Origin: an uncultured virus (IMG/VR IMGVR_UViG_3300008885_000050)
Lineage: Duplodnaviria; Heunggongvirae; Uroviricota; Caudoviricetes
IMG/VR virus record: IMGVR_UViG_3300008885_000050
DNA: 64,000 nt
Direction: 5' to 3' (one strand)
Under the pieces are notes generated by a model. That model was not told the origin of the DNA. It saw only the letters and a program-made list of their open reading frames with translations, and made no database searches. Positions 26,946 to 35,540 of this stretch are shown here, piece by piece (positions within the stretch are counted from its first letter, which is position 1; every line of letters begins with the position of its first letter). The translations under genes were made by a program, and so were the position numbers.

Positions 26946-29219
26946 ATGTCAGCATTCGATTTCGGAGCATTGATGCCAGAGGTCGCCAGCATGTTGCTTG
27001 GCGCCCCGAATCCGCACCACAGCAAGGGCAACGATCACCGCTACGGCACCAACGGCTCGCTTTCCATCGACCTCGAAAAGAACACCGCGTTCGACCATGA
27101 GAACAGCGAAGGCGGTGGTGTCCTATGGCTTGTCTCGAAGCTGACAGGGTGCGGCGACGACGGCGCCGTCGACTGGCTAAAGGAAAACGGTTTCGACATC
27201 CCCGACAACCGGGCGGCCGCGCCGGGCTCCAACCAGAATGCGGGCCCGGGCAAGAAAGAGATCGTCGCCACCTACGATTATACTGACGTCGACGGCAATC
27301 TCGTCTTCCAGGTCGCCCGAATGCAGTACCGGCAGCCCGATGGCACCTGGCGGCTGAACAAGCACGGCAAGATCGACAAGACCTTCGCGCAGCGTCGTCG
27401 TTTCACCGAGGAAAAAGACGTCTGGATCAACGGGCTCCTCGACGGCGAATACATGCGCAAGGGTCCAGGGCAGAACTGGACCCGATACGATTCCAAGACC
27501 TTCGAAAAATGGGGGATGAAGGAGCGCCGCACCTTCGACGGCATCGAGCAGCTGCCTCTGTATCGCTGGCCGGAGGTCGCCGAAGCGATCGCTATGGGGC
27601 AGGCCATCTATCTGGTCGAAGGTGAAAAGAAGGCTGATGCGCTTTGGCAGGCCGGCATCGCTGCGACATGCAACGCCGGCGGCGCGAAGAAGTGGACCCC
27701 GTACCATGCCGAGCAGCTGACCGGCGCGCACATCATCCAGATTCCGGACAACGATGACGCCGGCCGCATGCACATGCAGATCGTCGGTTCCCGCATGAAG
27801 GGCATCGCCGCATCGGTCATGATGCTCGACATCCGGAAATTCTGGCCGGAAGTTCCGGAAAAGGGGGATATCTGGGATTGGGTTCAGGCTGGCGGAGATG
27901 CCGGCGATCTCTTCGACATGGTCGACATGCATGCCCGACCATGGACGAAAGAACCACCAAAATCCCGGTTCAGTGCGGTGACATGGGATCGGCTCGATGA
28001 GGCCGGCCAGGAGCACGAATATCTGATCGAGGATGTCCTCACCCGGCATGAGGTCGCGGTGATCTACGGCGAATCCGGTTCGGGCAAAAGCTTCGAGGCC
28101 ATCGACATGGCCATGGCTGTCGACCGCGGCGTCCCCTTCAATGGCAAGGAAGTCCGCAAGGGCGGCGTCATCTATCAGGCCGGCGAAGGCGGCATCGGCG
28201 TCAAGCTTCGGCTCCGGGCCTATCGCCAGACCTACATGGACCCGGGCGAGCGTGTCGATTTCGTGCTGTTGCCGTCGCGTGTCGATCTCTTCGCGAAGCC
28301 CGGGGAGCAGGATGTCGAGACCAGCCGCGGCACCGACGCCCTGATCGCCGAGATCAAGGCATGGGCGGAGACCTTCAGCGTTCCGCTCGAGCTCGTCGTC
28401 ATCGACACGCTGGCGACGGCGACGCCCGGCGCCAATGAGAACGCCTCGACGGACATGTCCGTGGTGCTGACCAACCTGGAGCGCATCCGCGACGAATGCC
28501 GGTGCACCGTGCTGATGGTCCACCACAAGCCGCGCAACGGCAACAATCCGCGCGGCCACTCATCCCTGTTCGCCAATGTCGACAACGCGATTGAGCTGGA
28601 GATCACGCCGCGCCTCGACGTCAGCATTCGCGGTGACGGCACCCAGCTGATCCGCCAGATCCACAGGGCGACCATCCAGAAGAACAAGGACGGCGAGCGC
28701 GGGCATGGCTGGGACTTCATCCTGAAACAGGTCGTTCTCGGCACCCGGCCGAACGGGAAGCCCCTGACGTCCGTGGTGTGCGCGACGCCTGGCGGCCAGA
28801 CGCCGGAGACGAATGACGACAAGCGGCTGACCGATCAGCAGCATATCGCCATGCAGGCGCTCATGTTCGCCCTCGAGCAGTTCGGAGAGCCGACACCGGA
28901 ACTGCTCAAGCTGCCGCGCAGCATCAAGTCCGTGGTGCAGTTCAGGCATTGGAGATCCGAATTCGAGAAGCTCACTTTCGTCGACGACGAGGACGAGAAG
29001 AAGCAGAAGGAACGCATCAAGTCGGCGCTGAAGCGCGCCGGCGAGGCCTTCTACGGGCGCAAGTTCATCGGGCGCGCCGACAGGTTCATCTGGCTCACCG
29101 GCCGGCCGATCCCAGGCTTCAGGACGAAGAAGAGCACCGATATCGAGCCGCCACGGCAGGAGGATTCTCAGACGGTAGCGGCGATGGCGGAGATGATTGA
29201 TGGGGACATTCAGCTATGA
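26946..29219 (+). CDS. Primase (TOPRIM)-helicase (AAA_25/RepA-like) fusion
   Basis: LVEGEKKAD, PDNDDAG, GESGSGKS, VVIDTLA, VHH, RGHSSL..NVD. Confidence 0.9.
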   Translation: MSAFDFGALMPEVASMLLGAPNPHHSKGNDHRYGTNGSLSIDLEKNTAFDHENSEGGGVLWLVSKLTGCGDDGAVDWLKENGFDIPDNRAAAPGSNQNAGPGKKEIVATYDYTDVDGNLVFQVARMQYRQPDGTWRLNKHGKIDKTFAQRRRFTEEKDVWINGLLDGEYMRKGPGQNWTRYDSKTFEKWGMKERRTFDGIEQLPLYRWPEVAEAIAMGQAIYLVEGEKKADALWQAGIAATCNAGGAKKWTPYHAEQLTGAHIIQIPDNDDAGRMHMQIVGSRMKGIAASVMMLDIRKFWPEVPEKGDIWDWVQAGGDAGDLFDMVDMHARPWTKEPPKSRFSAVTWDRLDEAGQEHEYLIEDVLTRHEVAVIYGESGSGKSFEAIDMAMAVDRGVPFNGKEVRKGGVIYQAGEGGIGVKLRLRAYRQTYMDPGERVDFVLLPSRVDLFAKPGEQDVETSRGTDALIAEIKAWAETFSVPLELVVIDTLATATPGANENASTDMSVVLTNLERIRDECRCTVLMVHHKPRNGNNPRGHSSLFANVDNAIELEITPRLDVSIRGDGTQLIRQIHRATIQKNKDGERGHGWDFILKQVVLGTRPNGKPLTSVVCATPGGQTPETNDDKRLTDQQHIAMQALMFALEQFGEPTPELLKLPRSIKSVVQFRHWRSEFEKLTFVDDEDEKKQKERIKSALKRAGEAFYGRKFIGRADRFIWLTGRPIPGFRTKKSTDIEPPRQEDSQTVAAMAEMIDGDIQL

Positions 29220-29701
29220 AGGAAATGTACCCTGCTCTGTACCCCTCTCCGATTTCGTCGGATGACGCTCAAAGCCTTGTAACGCAAGGCGTTGAGGGCT
29301 TTTCGCCGCAACGTAGCGGTGGCCCGCCTGCAGCTGAAATGTACCCAAATGTACCCAAAACGCCCGAAAATGTACCCTGCTCTGCACCCCAGTCCTGCCG
29401 CGTAGAAGCCATCAGTTTCGGCTCTTATTATTGCGCTGCCTATCGTCGTGACGGTCATCCCGATATCCTGCTGGACGACGCCAGCGGGAAACCTGAACGG
29501 TTCCCGTCTGCGACAGCAGCGGTGAAGGCAGCCAAGCTTGCGCGGCACTTCAAGCCGGCCGCTCCGGTCGACGAGGACCTGCTCGGCGCACGGCGTTTCC
29601 ACGAGGTCCGCGCCGCAGCCGAAGTCTCATTGCAGATCGAAACTCTCGGCGGTGTTGTCGTCGACGGCCGCCTCGTCCCGGTGGAGGTGCGCCGGCGATG
29701 A
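29216..29701 (+). CDS. Hypothetical protein overlapping iteron-like repeats
   Basis: ATGA overlaps at both ends; MYP peptide repeats derive from the DNA repeats. Confidence 0.5.
   Translation: MKEMYPALYPSPISSDDAQSLVTQGVEGFSPQRSGGPPAAEMYPNVPKTPENVPCSAPQSCRVEAISFGSYYCAAYRRDGHPDILLDDASGKPERFPSATAAVKAAKLARHFKPAAPVDEDLLGARRFHEVRAAAEVSLQIETLGGVVVDGRLVPVEVRRR
29223..29390 (+). repeat. TGTACCC heptamer array A (iteron-like)
   Basis: TGTACCC at 29226, 29238, 29340, 29350, 29371 and TGCACCC at 29383; 23-bp near-exact duplication at 29223 and 29368. Confidence 0.85.
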
Positions 29702-30141
29702 GGAAAGTTAACTTCGCCTGCAGTATCGACGGCTGCGATGGTCGGGCACATGCCAAGCAGCTGTGTCCGATGCACTACGAGCGTCAGCGACTGGCTGGCA
29801 GCACCGCCTCCCCCAATCGGCGGAAATCGCGTCACGGCGTTCCAGCGCTATTCTTGCAGACGATCGCGATCCCGTTTGTCGGCGACGGCTGCCTGCTCTG
29901 GCCTTACGCCAGGACAGATAAGGGTTACGCATCGATCCGGAGTGGCAGGAAAACCGCTCTCGCCCACAGGCTGGTCTGTGAAGCCACTCACGGGGACGCA
30001 CCGGAAGACAAACCGATGGCGCTGCATTCTTGTGGCAATGGTCACTTGGGCTGCGTCAATCCCAACCACCTGAGTTGGGGGGACGCCGTCGAAAACAGTG
30101 ACGACATGGTCAGCCACGGTCGTGCCTGGTGGCGCAAATGA
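29698..30141 (+). CDS. His-Me finger endonuclease (paralogue of 26240..26944)
   Basis: CSIDGC...CPMH; AHRLVC; ALHSCGNGHLGCVNPNHLSW....EN..D. Confidence 0.85.
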   Translation: MRKVNFACSIDGCDGRAHAKQLCPMHYERQRLAGSTASPNRRKSRHGVPALFLQTIAIPFVGDGCLLWPYARTDKGYASIRSGRKTALAHRLVCEATHGDAPEDKPMALHSCGNGHLGCVNPNHLSWGDAVENSDDMVSHGRAWWRK

Positions 30142-30584
30142 CAAAGATGCGCTGTGATATATGGAAGGTCGCCGAACAATGTGGGGTCCGTCTCGTCGAC
30201 CCCGATGCGCATGCGTGGCGCCAACGCCGGCCGCGCGAATGCTTCGCCAAGAAGACGCTGAAGAAGATCGGTCAACGACACGGCGAGGCGCACCTCGCGC
30301 TCACGCTGCGCCTCATCGTGGAAACCTACGGGAACGCGGCCGAACTCTACAGCGAAACCATCCAGGCGGTTTCCTCTCTCGCCGCTAACCCAGTGATCGA
30401 GGCGCGCGGCGGCGCGCTGTTCGACGAGTTCGATCGGATCAGCCTTGCCGAGATCCGGCACCAGGCGAAGGTGCTATCGGTTGGACTGCCACTGGCACAC
30501 GTCATGCGCGTGCTAATCGCAACGAGGCTGCACGCCGGCGGCGGCAATGATACTCTCACATCGGAAACAGGTAAGGCGGCATGA
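30138..30584 (+). CDS. Hypothetical phage protein
   Basis: Coupled by ATGA overlaps. Confidence 0.7.
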   Translation: MTKMRCDIWKVAEQCGVRLVDPDAHAWRQRRPRECFAKKTLKKIGQRHGEAHLALTLRLIVETYGNAAELYSETIQAVSSLAANPVIEARGGALFDEFDRISLAEIRHQAKVLSVGLPLAHVMRVLIATRLHAGGGNDTLTSETGKAA

Positions 30585-31243
30585 CGGCGTGGACTGCAAA
30601 AGCGGTGGAGTTGCGCGTCCTTGAGGCCGCCGAAACCCTCATGCTGACGCCGAACGTTGGCGGCAGCGGAGGCTCGAGCTGGCCCGAATACATCCCGCAC
30701 TACCCCCGCGCCATGAAGATCAGGATCCGCCCTACCCCGGGCGCGCTTACCCGCATGACCCAGACGTGGGGCTGGATCAACGCGCACCCCGTTGAATCAG
30801 ACCGCCGTCTTCTCTACGCATGGGCGTGGCAGAAGACGAAAAAGGGGCGTTTCCTCAACGATTTCGCTTCTCGCGAGGGTATCAATTCCCGAACGCTTCG
30901 CTGGACGATAACCCGGATTTGCCAAGCCATTGCGGATCAACTTGAGCAACGCAAAGTTCCCTGCTTCGACCAAGCCGTTGACGACGTTGCCGAAATTGAG
31001 CCAGAAACCGCATCACAAACGGTATCTTCCGAGACGTCTGCCATCATCGAAGTCGATGGTGTTCGCACCTACAACGCGACCGGTGAAGCCGCCGAAGCTG
31101 GCACTGCACCTGACGTCGTAGGCTTCATCGAACCAGGCGCCAGACCTCACTACCCGACGCCGGCCGAGATCGAGGCGCTGAAAAAGCGTCTTGAGAAGGC
31201 GAACAAACTACGTCGCCGGCGGGCAAAAGCCGCAACCGCTTAG
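30581..31243 (+). CDS. Putative late transcription regulator (DUF6362-like, C-terminal HTH)
   Basis: W....V..R..EAAETL...P...SSWPE..P....RM....W pattern; last gene of the early-right operon (Q position). Confidence 0.65.
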   Translation: MTAWTAKAVELRVLEAAETLMLTPNVGGSGGSSWPEYIPHYPRAMKIRIRPTPGALTRMTQTWGWINAHPVESDRRLLYAWAWQKTKKGRFLNDFASREGINSRTLRWTITRICQAIADQLEQRKVPCFDQAVDDVAEIEPETASQTVSSETSAIIEVDGVRTYNATGEAAEAGTAPDVVGFIEPGARPHYPTPAEIEALKKRLEKANKLRRRRAKAATA

Positions 31244-31518
31244 CCACCTTTCGGGGCACTGCTTATCATCCTGCTGGCGGTTACGACGTCCGCAACGACA
31301 CCCGACATTTCGCCTAACCGGAGGATGTCGAGCCTTCCCTGCTCCACAGCCCGTGCCAACGCGACGCGCTCAATAGCCAGGATGTGCATCGTGCGGATTG
31401 GCGATTTACCACCTTCGAGATCCTGGTAGGCTCGCAGCTTGAGGCCGATGGCTTCCGCCATCTGTGTTTGCGTATACCCAAGCGCGACGCGGAGTGTCAT
31501 CAGGTCAAACGGCCTCAT
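31240..31518 (-). CDS. XRE-family HTH protein
   Basis: LRVALGYTQTQMAEAIGLKLRAYQDLEGGKSPI; GAGGA RBS. Confidence 0.85.
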   Translation of the reverse strand: MRPFDLMTLRVALGYTQTQMAEAIGLKLRAYQDLEGGKSPIRTMHILAIERVALARAVEQGRLDILRLGEMSGVVADVVTASRMISSAPKGG

Positions 31519-31587
31519 TGAATGGCGTCCTCTGGTTTGCTATATTCCAGGAACCGAGGGTGTTGTGAGCACCCTCGGCCCCCGGAG

Positions 31588-31656
31588 TTACCGGCTAATG
31601 GAGATTGTCAGTCTCCACTTGCCGATCCGGACTTGGAAGGTGAGCGTTGCGCTCAT
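31588..31656 (-). CDS. 22-aa basic peptide MSATLTFQVRIGKWRLTISISR (not in ORF track)
   Basis: AGGAGG RBS, own promoter and flanking hairpins. Confidence 0.7.
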   Translation of the reverse strand: MSATLTFQVRIGKWRLTISISR

Positions 31657-31701
31657 GTGGTCCTCCTAGTCCTGCCGAAGCGGGATTGCTTCGGTGATTT
31701 G

Positions 31702-31753
31702 AACGTAGCAAATATGCAGAAACTGCGCAAGCGGAATATGCAGAAAGTGCACA
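31702..31753 (-). promoter_or_regulatory. Promoter and tandem operators of the peptide-XRE unit
   Basis: TTGCGC-N17-TACGTT on the - strand; 19-bp repeat AATATGCAGAAASTGCRCA at 31711 and 31735. Confidence 0.7.
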
Positions 31754-31756
31754 TTA

Positions 31757-31790
31757 AAAAGCCGCCTCGGATCACCTCCGGGCGGCTTTT
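31757..31790. terminator. Bidirectional intrinsic terminator
   Basis: AAAAGCCGCC...GGCGGCTTTT. Confidence 0.8.
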
Positions 31791-31830
31791 GCTTTTCCCA
31801 GATCAGGCAGACGGGCCACCGGAGCGCGAT

Positions 31831-32301
31831 ATGAGTGGGTGGAATACGGAGCAAATCGCGGCCGAGCGGCGCAAGCGTGCCGAGGAAGTGTTCGCAAATG
31901 CGTCGCGCGAGGAATTGGTCAATCGCATCGTCGCTTTGGAGACGTCCCTTTACAAAATGACGTACTCTTTGAGCGAGCTAGACATTGATCCCTCTCCTAG
32001 AGGCAGCGCATGGATGGCCTCAAAGCTGTTCCCGCATCGCTGGCTTGCGAACGGAGATGCTGAGTTCAGCGTCTACGACCGCGACAAGAAAGAATTTGTT
32101 GCCGTCGATGTGAAACCGGAGACCATGCACGAGATCGGCTACGCGCTGGACGACAGCGTGGAGATAAACGACGGGACGAAACTACCCGATGGTTTCGAGA
32201 TTTTAAGCGTTCATCAGAGCGTGTCATGTGCTTCCATTTATGGCGGCGCGATCTTCATGGGTGACGTAAGAGAGGCCGCAAAATTGTTGTGGGGGGCCTG
32301 A
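31831..32301 (+). CDS. Hypothetical (moron-like) protein
   Basis: GGAG RBS before MSGWNTEQ. Confidence 0.6.
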   Translation: MSGWNTEQIAAERRKRAEEVFANASREELVNRIVALETSLYKMTYSLSELDIDPSPRGSAWMASKLFPHRWLANGDAEFSVYDRDKKEFVAVDVKPETMHEIGYALDDSVEINDGTKLPDGFEILSVHQSVSCASIYGGAIFMGDVREAAKLLWGA

Positions 32302-32317
32302 CGCGCACGACCGCCTA

Positions 32318-32387
32318 TGCCGGCAGGACGCGTTGGCTCAAAAATGGGATCATGGGTTTAGTCGCCTACCCGCGCGTCCTGCCGGCA
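32318..32387. repeat. Perfect 15-bp inverted repeat TGCCGGCAGGACGCG with 40-bp spacer
   Basis: Arms at 32318-32332 and 32373-32387. Confidence 0.9.
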
Positions 32388-32453
32388 CATCCCCCGGGTC
32401 AAGGTAGACCCCCGTGCACGGTCTTTCAGAAGCACGCAGAAGGAATGGCCCAC

Positions 32454-32723
32454 ATGCTCACCGTAAAGCATATTTGCCTTGATGGCTCGGAAGCCATCCA
32501 CGAGACCAGTGAATGCCGCTATGAGATGGCGTCGAGCGACAACGACCACACCGCGATGCTCTGGATTGATCGCGACGCCCCCGTCATCGGCGGCACGGTG
32601 TTCGTGATGAACAGCTCGGGCAAGACGATTGCACGGTACGATCTCGGCGCCACCATTGTGCCGCTGCCGGACATCGATCGCGTCGCTGATGCGCTCCGCA
32701 TGCCTCGGGACATGGTGGTCTAG
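32454..32723 (+). CDS. Conserved small phage protein
   Basis: MLTVK...VFVMNSSGKTIARY pattern; AGAAGGA RBS. Confidence 0.7.
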   Translation: MLTVKHICLDGSEAIHETSECRYEMASSDNDHTAMLWIDRDAPVIGGTVFVMNSSGKTIARYDLGATIVPLPDIDRVADALRMPRDMVV

Positions 32724-32777
32724 CCGCCCCGAAGACGATTCGGCCCGAAGCCCGTCAAGGCAAATCGAGGTCGCGGC

Positions 32778-32884
32778 GGGTACAGACCAGGGGACATCGC
32801 CTCACCCGCAAACCCTTGTGTGTCCGTCGAAATGGGGACATCGACGGGTACAAAAACGGGTACATTTGGGGACATTGGGGGACA
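32778..32884 (-). repeat. Heptamer array B, GGG(T/G)ACA on + (inverted relative to array A)
   Basis: Copies at 32778, 32790, 32834, 32846, 32858, 32868, 32878. Confidence 0.85.
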
Positions 32885-33130
32885 GGCCCGCCACGACACA
32901 ATTCGTGATTTCCCTTAAACCACTGAATTCGTGCATTTTCTCGCGGCCTCCTCCCCTCGCGTAGACGCCAAGTTCTGATGAGCTCAAGCTCTACGGCGAG
33001 CGCCTCTGGCGCGCAGCCGCCAACGTAGAGCACTACGATCTCAAGCTTGGCTCTATCAGAAAAACAGAATCCACTTCGCACATGATCGCGAGCTCGCGCT
33101 CGCTCATGTCGGGTATCTCATATCGGACAA

Positions 33131-33388
33131 GTGATGCGCGCATCCGTGTACCCGGAAGATCCTGGCTACATCGCCAGCGAAGATGACAGACGTCGCATCA
33201 ACGTCACCCTCGACGGCATCCGTCAGAGATTCGTTCTCACCGCTGACGAGCAGCAGGGCTTCGTCCTTCGATCGGCTCTCGACCCCAACGGAAAGCTCAT
33301 CATCAAAGGCGACGAGATCCTCACCGAACGCGTCACCGGCAAGGTCGAGATATCGCTCAAGTCGCAGACTGGACCTGTGATAACGTGA
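33131..33388 (+). CDS. Hypothetical phage protein
   Basis: VTLDG....VLTADEQQGFV...TGKVEI pattern; overlaps the terS start. Confidence 0.7.
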   Translation: MMRASVYPEDPGYIASEDDRRRINVTLDGIRQRFVLTADEQQGFVLRSALDPNGKLIIKGDEILTERVTGKVEISLKSQTGPVIT

Positions 33389-33870
33389 CCGCGCGTCTCA
33401 GCGAAAAACAGCGCCGCTTCGTTGCCGAATACCTCATCGACCTCAACGCCACCCAGGCAGCAATAAGGGCCGGTTACAGCGCCAAGACGGCAAATCGGGA
33501 AGGCTCCCGTCTGCTGTCAAAAGTAGACATCGCCAACGCGATCGCGGCCAGTCGCGCCAAGATTGCAAAGAAGGTCGAGGTCACCGTTGAAAGCCTCACC
33601 GTCGAGCTCGAGCAGGCACGCGGCATCGCTATCGCTGAAAAGCAATCGAGCGCCGCTGTCGCCGCCACAATGGGCAAGGCAAAGCTATTCGGACTGGGTG
33701 TGGAAAACCGCCGTTTGAGCGGAACCATCCAGGTCGTCACCGTCACACCGCAACATCTGGATAAGCTGACAGACGATGAACTCGCTCGTCTCGAAGCAGC
33801 CTATCCCGTTCTCCAAAAGCTCGGGCTTGTTGGAGGCGATACAGGGGCAGCGGCAGAAGCGGGAGATTGA
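33385..33870 (+). CDS. terS: Terminase small subunit
   Basis: LSEKQRRFVAEYLIDLNATQAAIRAGYS. Confidence 0.95.
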   Translation: MTARLSEKQRRFVAEYLIDLNATQAAIRAGYSAKTANREGSRLLSKVDIANAIAASRAKIAKKVEVTVESLTVELEQARGIAIAEKQSSAAVAATMGKAKLFGLGVENRRLSGTIQVVTVTPQHLDKLTDDELARLEAAYPVLQKLGLVGGDTGAAAEAGD

Positions 33871-35524
33871 AACTCAGGCGGGCGGCTGGAAGGTCGAGCG
33901 CGAAAAGTGCGCCGCCGATATCTGCTATTGGTTCGACAAGTGGGTTTACACCTACGATCCGCGTCTTGTTGGTCAGAAGAACCCAGATGGCACGAACAAA
34001 AGCCCGTTCGTGCAGTTCAAGCTCTGGCCAAAACAGCGAGAGATCATCCTTTGGCTGAAGGATCGACTCGCCGCTGCTGAAGAAGGCCTGCTCGAAAAGA
34101 GCCGCGACACCGGCGCCACGTATCTGACTGCCGGCTTTGCGCTGCACGAGTGGCTGTTCTCGCCGGGCTTCAAGGCGACATTCGGCTCTCGCAAGGTCGA
34201 TTACGTCGACAAGAAGGACAATCCGGACAGCATCTTCGCCAAGCTGCGCATCATGTTGCGGCGGCTGCCTGTCGAGATGCTGCCGGAGGGCTTCAACTGG
34301 TCGCAGCACGACAATTACATGCGCTTCGTCAACCCGGCGACCGGCGCGGTGATATCTGGCGAAGGCGGCGAGGACATGGGCCGCGGCGGCCGCTCGTCGC
34401 TCTACGTGGTCGACGAGGCCGCTTTCATTCCGAATGCTGAGACCGTCGAGAAGTCCCTTTCCGGCAACACCGACTGCGTGATCTGGGTTTCGTCGGTCAA
34501 CGGCATGGGCAACCTGTTTGCCCGCAAGCGCCATTCGATCATGAAGCCGCATCAGATTGCGCGCCTTCACTGGCGTGATGATCCGCGCAAGACCGAGGAA
34601 TGGGCGACTGCCAAGCAGGCGTCATTTTCCGACCCGACGACCTGGGCGGCTGAGTACGATATCGATTATTCGGCCTCGGTCGAGGGCATCTGTATTCCGG
34701 CCCTGTGGGTGGAAAGCGCGAAGCGGCTGAAAGCGCTGGAACCGCGCCTGATGCCGTCGAACTCCGGCATCGTCGGCCTCGACGTCGGCGCCGGAAAGGC
34801 GAAGTCGGTGGCGTTGCCCCGTAAGGGCGCCGTTGTGCTGCCGCCAGTGTCACGCGGCGATCCCGACACCACAGGCACCGCATGGTGGGGCCTCGAAGCC
34901 ACGCTTGAAGCGCTGTGCGACACGCTGAATTTCGATGCTCCGGGCGTCGGCGCCGGCGTCTCTTCGACGCTCATGCATCGGAGCGACGACGAGGAGAAGG
35001 CAAAGCGGTACAAACATCTGACCGTGGCACCGATCAACACCGGCTTGCCTCCGACAAAGCGGGTGTGGCCAGACGGCCGTACTTCTGAAGAGATGTTCGG
35101 GAATGCCAAGGCTGAGGTGTGGTGGCTTTGCCGCACCGCCCTGCAGCGCACGCATGAGCACGTCCTGTGGTTGCTTGGTACCGGCGGTAAGGAGCATCCC
35201 GTTGTCGATCTCCTCGCGCTGCCTTCCGGTGACCGGGACAGCGACCAGCTCTGTCTTGAACTCTCGCTGGTGAAGTGGGGGCGCAACGAGAAGGGCAGGA
35301 TCGTCATCGAGACCAAGCAAGAACTCAAGCGCCGCGGCATCAGCAGTCCAGACTATGCTGACGCCTTGATGCTGACCTATGCGGAACAGCGGATGTCTGA
35401 CTGGGGCATCTTCGAACTCACCCGCATGCAGGCCGAAGAGGCGAAGCGCCAGCAGGAAGAGCAGCAGGCCAAACCTCAGCAGTCGCAATCGGTCGACGAC
35501 GCCAAGGCCATTATGGGCCGCTAG
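33776..35524 (+). CDS. terL: Terminase large subunit
   Basis: EKSRDTGAT, VVDEAAF, GLDVG, SPDYADAL; start codon uncertain. Confidence 0.93.
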   Translation: MNSLVSKQPIPFSKSSGLLEAIQGQRQKREIETQAGGWKVEREKCAADICYWFDKWVYTYDPRLVGQKNPDGTNKSPFVQFKLWPKQREIILWLKDRLAAAEEGLLEKSRDTGATYLTAGFALHEWLFSPGFKATFGSRKVDYVDKKDNPDSIFAKLRIMLRRLPVEMLPEGFNWSQHDNYMRFVNPATGAVISGEGGEDMGRGGRSSLYVVDEAAFIPNAETVEKSLSGNTDCVIWVSSVNGMGNLFARKRHSIMKPHQIARLHWRDDPRKTEEWATAKQASFSDPTTWAAEYDIDYSASVEGICIPALWVESAKRLKALEPRLMPSNSGIVGLDVGAGKAKSVALPRKGAVVLPPVSRGDPDTTGTAWWGLEATLEALCDTLNFDAPGVGAGVSSTLMHRSDDEEKAKRYKHLTVAPINTGLPPTKRVWPDGRTSEEMFGNAKAEVWWLCRTALQRTHEHVLWLLGTGGKEHPVVDLLALPSGDRDSDQLCLELSLVKWGRNEKGRIVIETKQELKRRGISSPDYADALMLTYAEQRMSDWGIFELTRMQAEEAKRQQEEQQAKPQQSQSVDDAKAIMGR

Positions 35525-35540
35525 CAGGAAAAACGCCCAT

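Noticed and set aside
32755..33081. 108-aa minus-strand ORF resembling the MYP repeats of 29216..29701
   Set aside because: Similarity is explained by the shared DNA heptamer arrays; no independent coding support
33776..33870. Programmed terS-terL frameshift
   Set aside because: No convincing slippery site in the required frame; overlapping starts are common for terminases
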